Origin: Candidatus Methylomirabilota bacterium | GTDB lineage: Bacteria; Methylomirabilota; Methylomirabilia; Rokubacteriales; CSP1-6 | Direction of reading: 5' to 3' | Length of the DNA stretch: 64,000 bases | Assembly: GCA_035936835.1 (NCBI GenBank) | Contig: DASYVT010000215.1 | Span: 27,394-91,393 of the forward strand | Shown here: one piece after another, positions 1 through 9,579 of the stretch | Position numbering within the stretch: the first letter of the stretch is position 1 | Layout: the number at the start of each line of letters is the position of its first letter | Notes under the pieces: model-generated | The model's database searches: none | The model's input: only the letters and a program-made list of their open reading frames with translations | Told to the model about the DNA's origin: nothing | Translations under genes and position numbers: made by a program

Positions 1-22
1 CGAGGATAAGCGCGCGCTGCCC

Positions 23-2068
23 TCAGCGTTTCGCGGGGCCGCCGAGCGTCCCGCTGTGGACAGCGCGTATCTCGACCTCGGCTCCCTCGGCCAGCGCGAG
101 CATGCGCAAGGCGACAGGTGGCACTTGGGCGACGCGGCCGTCGCCGGGAACCACGCTTTCGACCCAGGCCCGTAGCGGAGCGCCAGCCGGGTTCACCAGC
201 TCGACCACGGCGCCCGCGCCGACACCGAGACGCGCGGCGGTGCCGGCATCGAGACGGATGGCCCGCCCCCGCTCCGTCTCGAGGTCCGGCACCGCGGCGA
301 GGCGCACTAGCGGCCGCGCGTCGCGCAGGATAGCGCGGCGCCGGGCGCTTGCCTCGGCGTCGATCGCGCCGTCGCGGAGCACGACGCCATAGATCCCCTC
401 GGCCGCCGCGGGGGTGACGTAGCCCTCGGCGAGGTCCGCGGCGACGGCATCGAGATTGCGCGTCAGAGCGTCGCCGAATCCGCCGCCCCCCGAGCTCTCC
501 ATCACCACCACGTCGTCAGGCTCGATGGGGAAGCCGCCCACCTTGCCCGGCAGCGGAGAAGGCTCGATGGCGCGGTCGCCCCGGCGCACCCAGAAGTGAT
601 TCGTCGCGCCTGACGCGCCGCCGCTCACACCGAAGGGCGGCAGCACCGCCTTCTCGGCAAGGACGGACAAGCTGCTGCCCGCCGTCCGGATGCGCACCTC
701 GCGCCTGAGCCCCAAGCCCCCGCGCCACCGGCCGGGCCCGCCGGAGTCCTCGCGCAGCGCGGTGCTCTCGATGCGCACCGGGTAGAGCTGCTCCACGGCC
801 TCGATGGGCTGGAGCGTGGTCATGTCGCTCTCGGTCCACGTGCGCACGGAGTTGTTGCCATCGCCGTCCGCGTGGGCGCCCGTCCCGCCCGCGGGATACT
901 CGTAGAAAATGAACGTCTCGCCGGTGCGTGGGTCGGGCCCGCCGACATAGCAGTGGTTGCCGCCGCCCTTGAGATCTCCGGTCACGCGGCCGCCGAGGGC
1001 CTGGCCGAGCGCGCCCATCACCGCTGTCTCGACGCAGTACTTCACCTCGACCATGCCGCCGCAGGGCGCGGGCAGGCTGGCGTTGACGATGGTGCCGGGC
1101 GGAGTGATCACGGTGAGCGGGCGGAAGGCGCCGGAGTTGACGTCGCTGCCCGGGTCGAGAAAGGACTTGATGATGGTGAACGCGCCCGTCGGCGCCATGG
1201 CGGGGCCGACGTTGGTGGGCCCCGCGGTCTGCGGCGACGTGCCGGTGAGGTCGACGGTGATGGCATCGCCCGCGACGATCACCCGAGCGCGCACGGTGAG
1301 CGGCTCGAGCCGCTCGCGCCCACTCTCGAGATGCGCCTCGTAGACGTAGGTGCCGTCGGGCAGCTCCCCGATAGCGTGCCGCATGCGCGCCTCGGCCCGG
1401 TCCATCAGCTCCGCCACGGCCTCGCGCACCGTCGACGCGCCGTAGCGCGCGGCCAGCGCCTCGATGCGCTCCGCCGCCTTCCGGCAGGTGCCGATCATGG
1501 CCTGGAAGTCGCCCTGCCTCTCGCGGCGCCCCCGCATGTTGGCGAAGATCAGCTCGAGGGCGGCGTCGTTGGGCCGGCCCCGGTCCACGATCCGGATCGG
1601 GGGAATGCGGACGCCCTCCTGGAAGATCTCCGTCGCCCCGCCGGAGAGGCTGCCCGGGCTCATCCCGCCGACGTCGCCCCAGTGGGCGCGCACCACCGGG
1701 AAGACGAAGAGCTCGGCGGCGCCGATCTCTCCGGGAGCGAAGAGCGGGAGGATCATCGCCACGTCGTTCAGATGGGTACCGCCGGTGTAAGGATCGTTGT
1801 GCAGAAAGATGTCACCTGGGTTGATGTCGGCGCCGAACTTCTCGCGGACCGCGCGCATCGACCATGCGATGGGCACGATGTGGAGCGGGTGGTCCTGGCC
1901 CTTGGACATGGCCACGATCTGGGCGTGGCCGTCCATGAGGACGCAGGAGAAATCCTCGCCCTCGTAGAGGATGGACGAGTACGCGGTGCGCACAAGCGTG
2001 ACGCGCATCTCCCGCACGATCGAGACGAAAGACTCGCGCAGGACCTCGAGCGTGATGGGATCGATCAT
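23..2068 (-). CDS. hyuB: Hydantoinase B/oxoprolinase family protein (N-methylhydantoinase B-like), with a C-terminal extension of about 110 aa
   Basis: Translation from MIDPITLEVLRESF matches the HyuB/OplaH family along its whole length (DPYTGGTHLND, GGGGFGD motifs). The start was taken at the internal Met rather than the longer ORF-track start. The start overlaps the hyuA stop by 4 nt. Confidence 0.85.
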   Translation of the reverse strand: MIDPITLEVLRESFVSIVREMRVTLVRTAYSSILYEGEDFSCVLMDGHAQIVAMSKGQDHPLHIVPIAWSMRAVREKFGADINPGDIFLHNDPYTGGTHLNDVAMILPLFAPGEIGAAELFVFPVVRAHWGDVGGMSPGSLSGGATEIFQEGVRIPPIRIVDRGRPNDAALELIFANMRGRRERQGDFQAMIGTCRKAAERIEALAARYGASTVREAVAELMDRAEARMRHAIGELPDGTYVYEAHLESGRERLEPLTVRARVIVAGDAITVDLTGTSPQTAGPTNVGPAMAPTGAFTIIKSFLDPGSDVNSGAFRPLTVITPPGTIVNASLPAPCGGMVEVKYCVETAVMGALGQALGGRVTGDLKGGGNHCYVGGPDPRTGETFIFYEYPAGGTGAHADGDGNNSVRTWTESDMTTLQPIEAVEQLYPVRIESTALREDSGGPGRWRGGLGLRREVRIRTAGSSLSVLAEKAVLPPFGVSGGASGATNHFWVRRGDRAIEPSPLPGKVGGFPIEPDDVVVMESSGGGGFGDALTRNLDAVAADLAEGYVTPAAAEGIYGVVLRDGAIDAEASARRRAILRDARPLVRLAAVPDLETERGRAIRLDAGTAARLGVGAGAVVELVNPAGAPLRAWVESVVPGDGRVAQVPPVALRMLALAEGAEVEIRAVHSGTLGGPAKR

Positions 2069-4119
2069 GGCGCGGCCACCCGCTCGATCAGGATGTTGCC
2101 GTGCGCGTCGACCACGCCGGCCCAACCCGGGAGCAGCACCGTAGTCGCGCCGAACTCTTCCACGATGGCAGGGCCGGCGAGTCGCGCGCGCTCGGGCAGG
2201 CGCTCCCGCTCCCAGACGGGACAGTCCACGGGCGCGCCCCCGAACCATATGGGGCGTCGCTCGATCAGCGCCTGGTCCATCGAGACGCTGGCACTCCGAT
2301 AGCGATCGGCGGCGGGCTTGGCGACCAAGCCATAGGCGGTAAGCCGCGCATTGACCAGCTCGATGGTCCCGGCGCGGTTCTCGTGGCCGTACACGCTCCT
2401 GTGCTCCCGGTGAAAGGCGTCCTCGATCGCCTCCAAGCCCGCAGCCTTGTCGAGATCACTTGCCGCGCCGATATTCAACTCGAACGCCTGGCCGCGGTAG
2501 CGCAGGTCGAGCGAGCGGAGCAGCCGCTGCGCCTCCGGGCCGAAGCCCTCCAGCTCGAGCTGACGTCGTGCTCCCGTCTCCATCTCGGCAAACAGCGCGT
2601 TGATCACCGGCGCCCGCTCCCGGAGCGGGCCGACGCGCGTCCGGACGTCGTCGTGCTTGATGTCCGAGGCGAGGAGGCCCAACGCCGAGAAGTTTCCCGG
2701 ATGACGCGGGACCAGGACTCGCGAAATGCCGATCTCCTCGGCGAGCGCCAACGCGTGCATGGGGCCGGCGCCGCCGAAGGCGATCAGGGTGAAGTCGCGG
2801 GGGTCGTGGCCGCGCTGGATCGAGATCTCGCGGATGGCCGACGTCATCCGCGCCACGGCGATGCGGATGATGCCCTCGGCCAGCGGCTCGACGTCGAGTC
2901 CTCCGATGCGGCGGGCCAGCGCGGCGACGGCCTCGCGCGCCCGGCCGGGGTCGATCGTGATGCTGCCGCCGAGCCGCCGGCTCGTCCCGATGCGCCCCAG
3001 CACCACGTTCGCGTCGGTGACCGTGGGCTCCGTGCCCCCGAGACCGTACGCCGCCGGCCCGGGAGACGCGCCCGCGCTCCTGGGGCCGACCTGGAGGCTT
3101 CCGTCAAGCTCGAGCCACGCGATCGAGCCCCCGCCGGCGCCCACCGTGTGCATATCAATCTGCGGCACCTTGACGGGGAAGGCGCCCACCATGCTGTCCG
3201 AGGTCATCACCAGCGTGAGGTCTCGGACGAGGCAGACGTCGGTGGACGTCCCGCCCATGTCGTACGTGATGAAATCACGAGGTCCCGAGACCGCCCCCAG
3301 GTGGCAGGCCTGGCTGACGCCGCCGGCGGGCCCGGAGAAAATGGTCCGGATGGGCAGGCGCCGCGCCGTCTCGGTGGTCATCATGCCGCCGGAGGAGCCG
3401 ACGGTGAGGACGCCATGCGTATAGCCGGCCGCGAGCAGGCGCTCCTCGAGCCCGGCAAGGTAGACGTCCATCAGCGGCTGGAGGTAGGCGTTCAGAACCG
3501 TGGTCGAGAAGCGCTCGAACTCGCGGTACTCCGCCACGACGTCGGCCGAGCAGGACACGGGCAGGCCGGGGCGCTTGCCCTTCGCCGCATCCGCGATCGC
3601 GTGCTCGTGCGCCGGGTTGAGATACGCGTGAAGCAGGCAGACGGCCACGGCCTCGGCGCCGGTGGCGAGAGCGGCGTCGAGCGCGCGGTCCACGGATCCC
3701 ATGTCGAGCGGCACCAGCACAGAGCCGTCGGCGTTGAGCCGCTCCGTCACCTCGAACCGGCTCTTGCGGTCGACCACCGGCTTGGGGCGCACGAAGGTCG
3801 GCACGAACAGCGCGGGGATATTGCGCTTGGTGCGGCCGATCTCGATGAGGTCGCGGAAGCCCGCGGTGGTGAGGACCGCGACGGGAGCGCCCCGCCGCTC
3901 GAGCACCGCGTTGGTGCCGACCGTCGTCCCGTGGACCACCCGCCGAACGTCGCGGCTCTCGATGCCGAGGGTACGGAGGCCGGTGAGGACTGCCGCCGCC
4001 TCGCGGCGCCGCTCCGACGGCACCTTGGTGACCACCACGCGGCCGGTGGCCTCGTCGATCGCGGTGAGATCGGTGAACGTGCCGCCCACGTCGATGCCGA
4101 TCAGGAACATGGCCGGCAT
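2065..4119 (-). CDS. hyuA: Hydantoinase A/oxoprolinase family protein (N-methylhydantoinase A-like, ATP-dependent)
   Basis: It has the typical HyuA N-terminus MPAMFLIGIDVGGTFTDL and ROK/ASKHA-like hydantoinase_A motifs. It is translationally coupled to hyuB. The ORF-track N-terminal extension (MRVAEN...) was judged spurious. Confidence 0.85.
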   Translation of the reverse strand: MPAMFLIGIDVGGTFTDLTAIDEATGRVVVTKVPSERRREAAAVLTGLRTLGIESRDVRRVVHGTTVGTNAVLERRGAPVAVLTTAGFRDLIEIGRTKRNIPALFVPTFVRPKPVVDRKSRFEVTERLNADGSVLVPLDMGSVDRALDAALATGAEAVAVCLLHAYLNPAHEHAIADAAKGKRPGLPVSCSADVVAEYREFERFSTTVLNAYLQPLMDVYLAGLEERLLAAGYTHGVLTVGSSGGMMTTETARRLPIRTIFSGPAGGVSQACHLGAVSGPRDFITYDMGGTSTDVCLVRDLTLVMTSDSMVGAFPVKVPQIDMHTVGAGGGSIAWLELDGSLQVGPRSAGASPGPAAYGLGGTEPTVTDANVVLGRIGTSRRLGGSITIDPGRAREAVAALARRIGGLDVEPLAEGIIRIAVARMTSAIREISIQRGHDPRDFTLIAFGGAGPMHALALAEEIGISRVLVPRHPGNFSALGLLASDIKHDDVRTRVGPLRERAPVINALFAEMETGARRQLELEGFGPEAQRLLRSLDLRYRGQAFELNIGAASDLDKAAGLEAIEDAFHREHRSVYGHENRAGTIELVNARLTAYGLVAKPAADRYRSASVSMDQALIERRPIWFGGAPVDCPVWERERLPERARLAGPAIVEEFGATTVLLPGWAGVVDAHGNILIERVAAP

Positions 4120-4203
4120 GATAGCAGAGGCGTCAATTGGTGTTGGGGGCGTGCGTTTCAGGGAAAGACGGCATAGAATGTCCCCCCTCAGAGGAGGTAG
4201 GCC

Positions 4204-5535
4204 ATGGCCGAGACGACCCGAACCCGATCCGCCCGAGAAACCGAGCTTCTGGAGCACGCCAAGCGGCGCCTGCCCGGCGGCGTGCTGGGCACATCCCGGT
4301 ACGCGGAGGACGCCGCCTTCGTCGTCAAGCACGGCAAGGGCTCGAAGATCTACGACGTCAGCGGGCGCGAGTACATCGACTACGTCCTCGCCTCGGGCCC
4401 GCTCATTCTCGGCCACGCGCATCCGGCGGTGGTCGCCGCGGTGCGCGCGCAGATCGAGGGCGGCAGCACGTACTTCATGATCAACGAGCCCATCATCCAG
4501 CTGGCCGAGGAGATCTGCCAGGCGGTGCCGTGCGCCGAACAGGTGCGCTTCACCTCCACGGGCTCGGAGGCGACCTTTTTCGCTCTACGAGTCGCCCGCA
4601 CGTATCGCCAGCGCGACAAGATCCTGAAGTTCGAGGGCGGCTACCACGGCGCCCACGACTATTCCATGATGAGCTCGGCCCCGCGCTCGCCCAAGGCCTT
4701 CCCCGCTCCCGTGCCCGACTCGTCGGGCATCCCCCACGCGCTCGAGGCCGAGGTGCTGATCGCGCCGTTCAACGATCTCGGCACGGTGGAGGGCATCATC
4801 GCCACGCACGCCGACGAGCTGGCCGCGGTCATCGTCGAGCCGTTTCAGCGCCTCATTCCGCCCCAGCCCGGCTTCCTGCAGGGGCTGCGAGAGATCACCC
4901 GCCGCCACGGCGTGCTCCTGGTGTTCGACGAGGTGGTGACGGGATTTCGCCTGGCCTACGGCGGCGCCCAGGAGTATTACGGCGTCGTGCCCGACCTCGC
5001 CGCCGTCGGCAAGATCGTGGGCGGCGGCTTCCCGCTGGCCGCCGTGTGCGGCTCCGAGGAGCTGATGCGCCCCTTCGATCCGGAATACGACGGCAAGGGA
5101 GACTTCATCTCGCAGTCCGGCACGCTGAACGGCAACCCTATTGCCGCGGTGGCCGGCCTCGCCACCCTCGCCGAGCTGCGCAAGCCCGGCGCCTACGACA
5201 CCATCCACACCACCGGCAAGCGCCTCATGGCTGGCCTGAGCGAGCTCGTGCAGAAGGCGGGATTGCCCGCCCAGGTGGTCGGCGAGCCCGTGGTCTTCGA
5301 CATCCTCTTCACCGATGAGCCCGTGGTGGATTACCGCTCGGTCCAGAAGGCGGACGGCGCGCTCGCCAAGGCCTTCACCACCGAGCTGATCAAGCGCGGC
5401 GTGGTGAAGAACACGCAAAAGATGTACATCTCGCTCGTGCATGGAGCGGACGACGTGGCCAAGACGCTCGAGGCCTGCGAGGACGCGCTCAAGGTCCTTC
5501 CCAAGAAGAAGACCCGGGACGGAGGATCTCGATGA
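4204..5535 (+). CDS. Class III aminotransferase (glutamate-1-semialdehyde aminomutase-like fold)
   Basis: Motifs GGYHGAHD and VFDEVVTGFR(L) place it in the class III PLP fold. A strong RBS (gaggagg) precedes the ATG. The stop overlaps the downstream SBP start by 4 nt. Confidence 0.8.
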   Translation: MAETTRTRSARETELLEHAKRRLPGGVLGTSRYAEDAAFVVKHGKGSKIYDVSGREYIDYVLASGPLILGHAHPAVVAAVRAQIEGGSTYFMINEPIIQLAEEICQAVPCAEQVRFTSTGSEATFFALRVARTYRQRDKILKFEGGYHGAHDYSMMSSAPRSPKAFPAPVPDSSGIPHALEAEVLIAPFNDLGTVEGIIATHADELAAVIVEPFQRLIPPQPGFLQGLREITRRHGVLLVFDEVVTGFRLAYGGAQEYYGVVPDLAAVGKIVGGGFPLAAVCGSEELMRPFDPEYDGKGDFISQSGTLNGNPIAAVAGLATLAELRKPGAYDTIHTTGKRLMAGLSELVQKAGLPAQVVGEPVVFDILFTDEPVVDYRSVQKADGALAKAFTTELIKRGVVKNTQKMYISLVHGADDVAKTLEACEDALKVLPKKKTRDGGSR

Positions 5536-7097
5536 CCACAGCACGTCGCGCGGCAGCAATGATCGCCTCTCTCGCGCTGGCCCTGGGTCTCGTCTCCGGG
5601 GTGGTTGGAGCGCAACCCACCGGCACGCTCCTGGTCGGGCTCGTCGCCGAGCCGGTGAATCTCGACCCCGCGCAGGTGACCGATCTCAACTCGAACCGCG
5701 TGGGCCGCCGCATCGTCGAGGGCCTCGTGACCTTCCCCGAGGAGAGCACCCAGGTCGTGCCGGGTCTCGCGGAGTCATGGACGATCTCGAAAGACGGCCT
5801 CCAGTACACCTTCAAGCTCCGGAGCGGCGTCAAGTTCCACGACGGCACGCCGCTCAACGCGGAAGCCGTCAAGTTCTCCATCGAGCGCCAGATCAACACC
5901 GAGCACCCGGCCTACAAGCTCGGCAAGTACCCCTTCGCCAACTTCTTCTTCGGCAACGTCAAGGCCGTCGAGGTGCTGAGCAGCGAGCGCGTGGCCTTCC
6001 TCCTCAAGGAGCCGCGCGCGTCCTTCCTGGCCATCCTGACTTCGGGCGCCGCCTCCATCGTGAGCCCGACGGCAGCGATGAAGTGGGGCCCCGACTATCC
6101 AAGCCATCCCGTGGGCACGGGGCCCTTCCGCTTCGCCTCCTGGGACCGCGGCCAGCGCGTGGTCCTCGAGAAGAACCCGAGCTACTGGAAGTATCCGGTC
6201 AAGATCGAGCGCGCCATCTACCGGCCGATCGTGGAAGACCAGGCGCGCCTGACGGAGCTTCTCACGGGCCAGCTCGATCTGATCGTCGGCGTGCCCGCCG
6301 ATTTCGTCGGCCCGCTCGAGAAGGACCCGAAGGTGACGGTCCTCAAGCAGACGGGCGCGCACGTCTGGTACCTCGGCATGAACAACCAGAAGAAGCCCTT
6401 CGACGACAAGCGCGTCCGCCAGGCGCTCAACTACGCTGTCAACAAGGACGCGATCGTGCGCGACGTGCTGAAGGGCACGGGCTCGCTCTCGAAGGGCCCG
6501 GTGCTGCCGGGCACGTGGGGCGCCGACGCTTCGCTCAAGGCGTATCCGTACGATCCCGAGCGCGCGAAGAAGCTCCTGGCCGAGGCGGGCTACCCGAACG
6601 GCTTCACGACGACACTCTGGGTGCCCGAGTCGGGCTCGGGCATGCAGGCGCCCGTCGCCATGTCCACCGTGATGCAGTCGAACATGAAGGCCGTCGGCGT
6701 GAACGTGACGCTCCAAACGATGGAGTGGGGCGCGTACCTGACCAAGCTGCGCTCGAAGGAGCAGGAGCTCTTCGCACTGTCCTGGATGGCGGGGACGGAA
6801 GACCCCGACATGGTCATGTACCCGCTGCTCCATTCCAGCCAGTGGACGCCCGTCGGTCCGAACCGCGCGCTCTACAAGAACACGCGCTTCGACGAGCTGC
6901 TCCAGCAGGCTCGCCTCACGACCGACCAGGCCAAGCGCGCCCAGCTCTACCGCGAGGCCCAGCGCATCCTGGTGGACGACGCGCCGTGGGTCTTCGTCGA
7001 CCACGAGATCCAGATCGCCGCCTTCGCCAAGCGCGTGCAGGGCTTCAAGCTCCACCCGAGCTTCGACCTGCGCGTGGAGACGATCTCGCTCAAGTGA
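5532..7097 (+). CDS. ABC transporter substrate-binding protein, family 5 (peptide/nickel/opine type)
   Basis: It has an N-terminal signal peptide and SBP_bac_5-like composition (DppA/OppA family motifs). Confidence 0.85.
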   Translation: MTTARRAAAMIASLALALGLVSGVVGAQPTGTLLVGLVAEPVNLDPAQVTDLNSNRVGRRIVEGLVTFPEESTQVVPGLAESWTISKDGLQYTFKLRSGVKFHDGTPLNAEAVKFSIERQINTEHPAYKLGKYPFANFFFGNVKAVEVLSSERVAFLLKEPRASFLAILTSGAASIVSPTAAMKWGPDYPSHPVGTGPFRFASWDRGQRVVLEKNPSYWKYPVKIERAIYRPIVEDQARLTELLTGQLDLIVGVPADFVGPLEKDPKVTVLKQTGAHVWYLGMNNQKKPFDDKRVRQALNYAVNKDAIVRDVLKGTGSLSKGPVLPGTWGADASLKAYPYDPERAKKLLAEAGYPNGFTTTLWVPESGSGMQAPVAMSTVMQSNMKAVGVNVTLQTMEWGAYLTKLRSKEQELFALSWMAGTEDPDMVMYPLLHSSQWTPVGPNRALYKNTRFDELLQQARLTTDQAKRAQLYREAQRILVDDAPWVFVDHEIQIAAFAKRVQGFKLHPSFDLRVETISLK

Positions 7098-7107
7098 GGC
7101 CGCGCCC

Positions 7108-8058
7108 GTGAGGCGCTACGTCGCGCGCCGGCTCCTGCTGCTGGTGCCGGTGCTGGTGGGCGTCTCGATCGTGGTCTTCATGGTGCTGCACCTCTCGCCG
7201 GGCGACCCGGCCGAGATCATGCTGGGCTCCCAGGCGACGCAGGAAGACCTGGCGCGCCTGCGCTCAGAGCTCGGGCTGACCGAGCCCCTCCATATCCAAT
7301 ACCTCCGCTGGGTCAGCCATGTCGCCCGCGGCGACCTCGGCCGCTCGCTCTGGATGCGGCGCCCCGTGCTGGACGAAGTCCTCCACCGCTACAAGGCGAC
7401 GCTCGTGCTCACGGCGAGCGCGCTCTTTCTCTCCACGCTCGGCGGCATCGTCCTGGGCGTCCTCTCGGCGGTGCGCCGGGATTCCCTCCTCGACCGGCTG
7501 AGCGCCGTCACGTCGCTCTTCGGTGCCAGCATGCCCGTCTTCTGGCTTGGGATCGTTCTCATGGTGGTCTTCTCGCTGTGGCTCCGCTGGCTGCCCGCCT
7601 CGGGCATGTGGGCGCCCTACGGCGGCGGCGATCTCGCCGACCTGGCGGCGCACCTCGTCCTGCCCGCGGTGACGCTGGCCGCGGCCTCGCTGACGATCAT
7701 CGCCCGGCTCACGCGCAGCACGATGCTCGACATCCTGAGCCAGGACTACATCCGCACGGCGCGCGCCAAGGGGCTGGTCGAAGGGCGCGTCGTCTTCCGC
7801 CACGGGCTCAAGAACGCGCTGATCCCCATCATCACCGTGGTCGGCGTGCAGGCGGGCTATCTGCTGGGCGGCGCCGTGCTGACGGAGACCGTCTTCGCCT
7901 GGCCCGGTGTCGGGCTCCTCATGGTGCAGGGCATCCTGGCGCGAGATTTTCCCCTCGTGCAGGGGTGCGTTCTCGTCATCGCGCTCACCTTCGTCCTGAT
8001 CAACCTGGCCGTCGATCTCCTCTACGCCTACCTCGACCCGCGCATCCAGTATGAGTAG
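7108..8058 (+). CDS. ABC transporter permease (DppB/OppB-like)
   Basis: Six-TM permease with an EAA-like loop (IRTARAKGL). Confidence 0.85.
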   Translation: MRRYVARRLLLLVPVLVGVSIVVFMVLHLSPGDPAEIMLGSQATQEDLARLRSELGLTEPLHIQYLRWVSHVARGDLGRSLWMRRPVLDEVLHRYKATLVLTASALFLSTLGGIVLGVLSAVRRDSLLDRLSAVTSLFGASMPVFWLGIVLMVVFSLWLRWLPASGMWAPYGGGDLADLAAHLVLPAVTLAAASLTIIARLTRSTMLDILSQDYIRTARAKGLVEGRVVFRHGLKNALIPIITVVGVQAGYLLGGAVLTETVFAWPGVGLLMVQGILARDFPLVQGCVLVIALTFVLINLAVDLLYAYLDPRIQYE

Positions 8059-8878
8059 GCGCTTCGGCCGGAACCGCCTGGCGACGCTCGCCCTGCTCGT
8101 CATCGTGGGCGTGGTGCTGGCTGCGCTCCTGGCTCCGCTGCTGCCGCTCGCCGACCCCGACACCGTGGACACGCCGAACCGTCTACGGCCGCCGCTCACA
8201 CAAGGGCATCCGCTCGGCACGGACGAGTTCGGCCGCGATCTCCTCTCGCGCCTCGTCTGGGGCGCCCGCATTTCGCTCCTGGCGGGCGCCACCACTGCCG
8301 CCGCGGCGATGCTGTTCGGCGTGGTGCTCGGGGTCTTCGGCGGCTACTACTCGGGCTGGCCGGAGACGGTCATCATGCGGCTCACCGATATCCTGATGGC
8401 CTTCCCGTACATCCTGCTGGCCATCGCCATCGTGGCGGGGCTGGGCCCGGGCCTCCGCAACGCGATGATCGCCATCGCCATCGTGGGCTTCCCCATCTAC
8501 ACGCGCCTCGTGCGCGGCATCGTGCTCTCCGTCCGCGGCCTCGAGTTCGTGGAGGCCGCGCGCGCGCTCGGCAGCCCCGACCGCCTGATCCTCGTCCGCC
8601 ACATCGTGCCGCAGCTCATCTCGCCAGTCGTGGTGGCCTTTAGTCTCGATGTCGGCGCGAAGATCCTCGCCACGGCGGGGCTGTCCTTCCTGGGCCTGGG
8701 TACCCAGCCGCCCACGGCCGACTGGGGCAGCATGCTGGCGACGGGCCGGCAGTTCGTCATCCTGAGCCCGCACGTGGTCCTCCTGCCCGGGCTCGCCATC
8801 TTCGTGATCGTGCTGGCGCTCAACCTGGTGGGCGACGCCCTGCGCGATCTCCTCGATCCGCGCACGTATTCTCGCTGA
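8051..8878 (+). CDS. ABC transporter permease (DppC/OppC-like)
   Basis: Typical DppC N-terminus and EAA loop (EAARALGSPDRLILVRHIVP). It overlaps the upstream permease by 8 nt. Confidence 0.85.
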   Translation: MSRRFGRNRLATLALLVIVGVVLAALLAPLLPLADPDTVDTPNRLRPPLTQGHPLGTDEFGRDLLSRLVWGARISLLAGATTAAAAMLFGVVLGVFGGYYSGWPETVIMRLTDILMAFPYILLAIAIVAGLGPGLRNAMIAIAIVGFPIYTRLVRGIVLSVRGLEFVEAARALGSPDRLILVRHIVPQLISPVVVAFSLDVGAKILATAGLSFLGLGTQPPTADWGSMLATGRQFVILSPHVVLLPGLAIFVIVLALNLVGDALRDLLDPRTYSR

Positions 8879-8961
8879 GGGCTCCCCCGATGTATTCAAT
8901 TGCGTGTATGACCAGCCTGGTGTACATTCATCTGGACATTTCATGGAGGAGGTGAGAGAGC

Positions 8962-9231
8962 ATGACCCAGTTGACGATCACGAAGGCCCGTGAGGCGCTC
9001 CTCGATCTACCCGAGCGCCTGGCGAAGGCGTCCGACAAGACGGTGAGCATCACACGGCACGGCCGTCCGGTGTTGGCGGTGCTGCCGTGGGAGCTGTACG
9101 AGAGCATCATCGAAACCCTGGAAGTGCTGGGCGATCCCGAGGCAACGGCCGCCCTCCGGTCGAGCCTCGAAGACATCCGAAAGGGACGCCTGGTCAGCCA
9201 TGAGGTTGCACTGAAGCGTATTCGCGGATGA
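8962..9231 (+). CDS. Phd/YefM family antitoxin
   Basis: 89 aa with the Phd/YefM N-terminal pattern (TITKAREALLDL...ITRHGRPVLAVLPWELYE). A GGAGG RBS precedes it. The stop overlaps the toxin start by 4 nt. Confidence 0.8.
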   Translation: MTQLTITKAREALLDLPERLAKASDKTVSITRHGRPVLAVLPWELYESIIETLEVLGDPEATAALRSSLEDIRKGRLVSHEVALKRIRG

Positions 9232-9557
9232 CCGCCCCGGCCTATCTGGTCAAGTGGACTGAAACCGCCCTCGAGATGGTGGAGGCAATTGCCGACCGGA
9301 GGATTCGCGCACAGATCGTCGCGCGCGTCGAAGAGCTGACGAGAGATCCGGAGCTGGCGGGCAAGCCGCTGGTCGGCGAACTGACCGGCTATCGGACGAT
9401 CCGGGCCGCCGGCCAACGCTATCGGATCATCTACCGCGTGGAGCGCCGGCTGGTGACGATCTTGATTGTGGCAGTCGGTCGGCGTAAGGAGGGCGACAGG
9501 AAGGACATCTACGAGCTGGCCCGCCGCCTTCTGCGCCAGCGTCTGCTTAGCCGCTAA
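9228..9557 (+). CDS. relE: RelE/ParE family toxin
   Basis: 109 aa with RelE/ParE motifs (YRIIYRVERRLVTILIVAVGRRKE). It is paired with the upstream Phd. Confidence 0.8.
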   Translation: MTAPAYLVKWTETALEMVEAIADRRIRAQIVARVEELTRDPELAGKPLVGELTGYRTIRAAGQRYRIIYRVERRLVTILIVAVGRRKEGDRKDIYELARRLLRQRLLSR

Positions 9558-9579
9558 CCCAACGGCGGGCCAGGGAAGC

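Noticed and set aside
872-4176. Long alternative-frame ORFs within hyuA/hyuB (872-2302 and 2101-4176, both on the plus strand)
   Set aside because: They are antisense to strongly supported hydantoinase genes. They have low-complexity Arg/Gly/Ala-rich translations typical of GC-rich shadow ORFs.
8878-8962. Possible operator repeats (GTGTATGACC / GTGTACATTC) upstream of the phd-relE pair
   Set aside because: The repeats are short and imperfect, and no clear -35/-10 elements could be assigned. Too weak to call.
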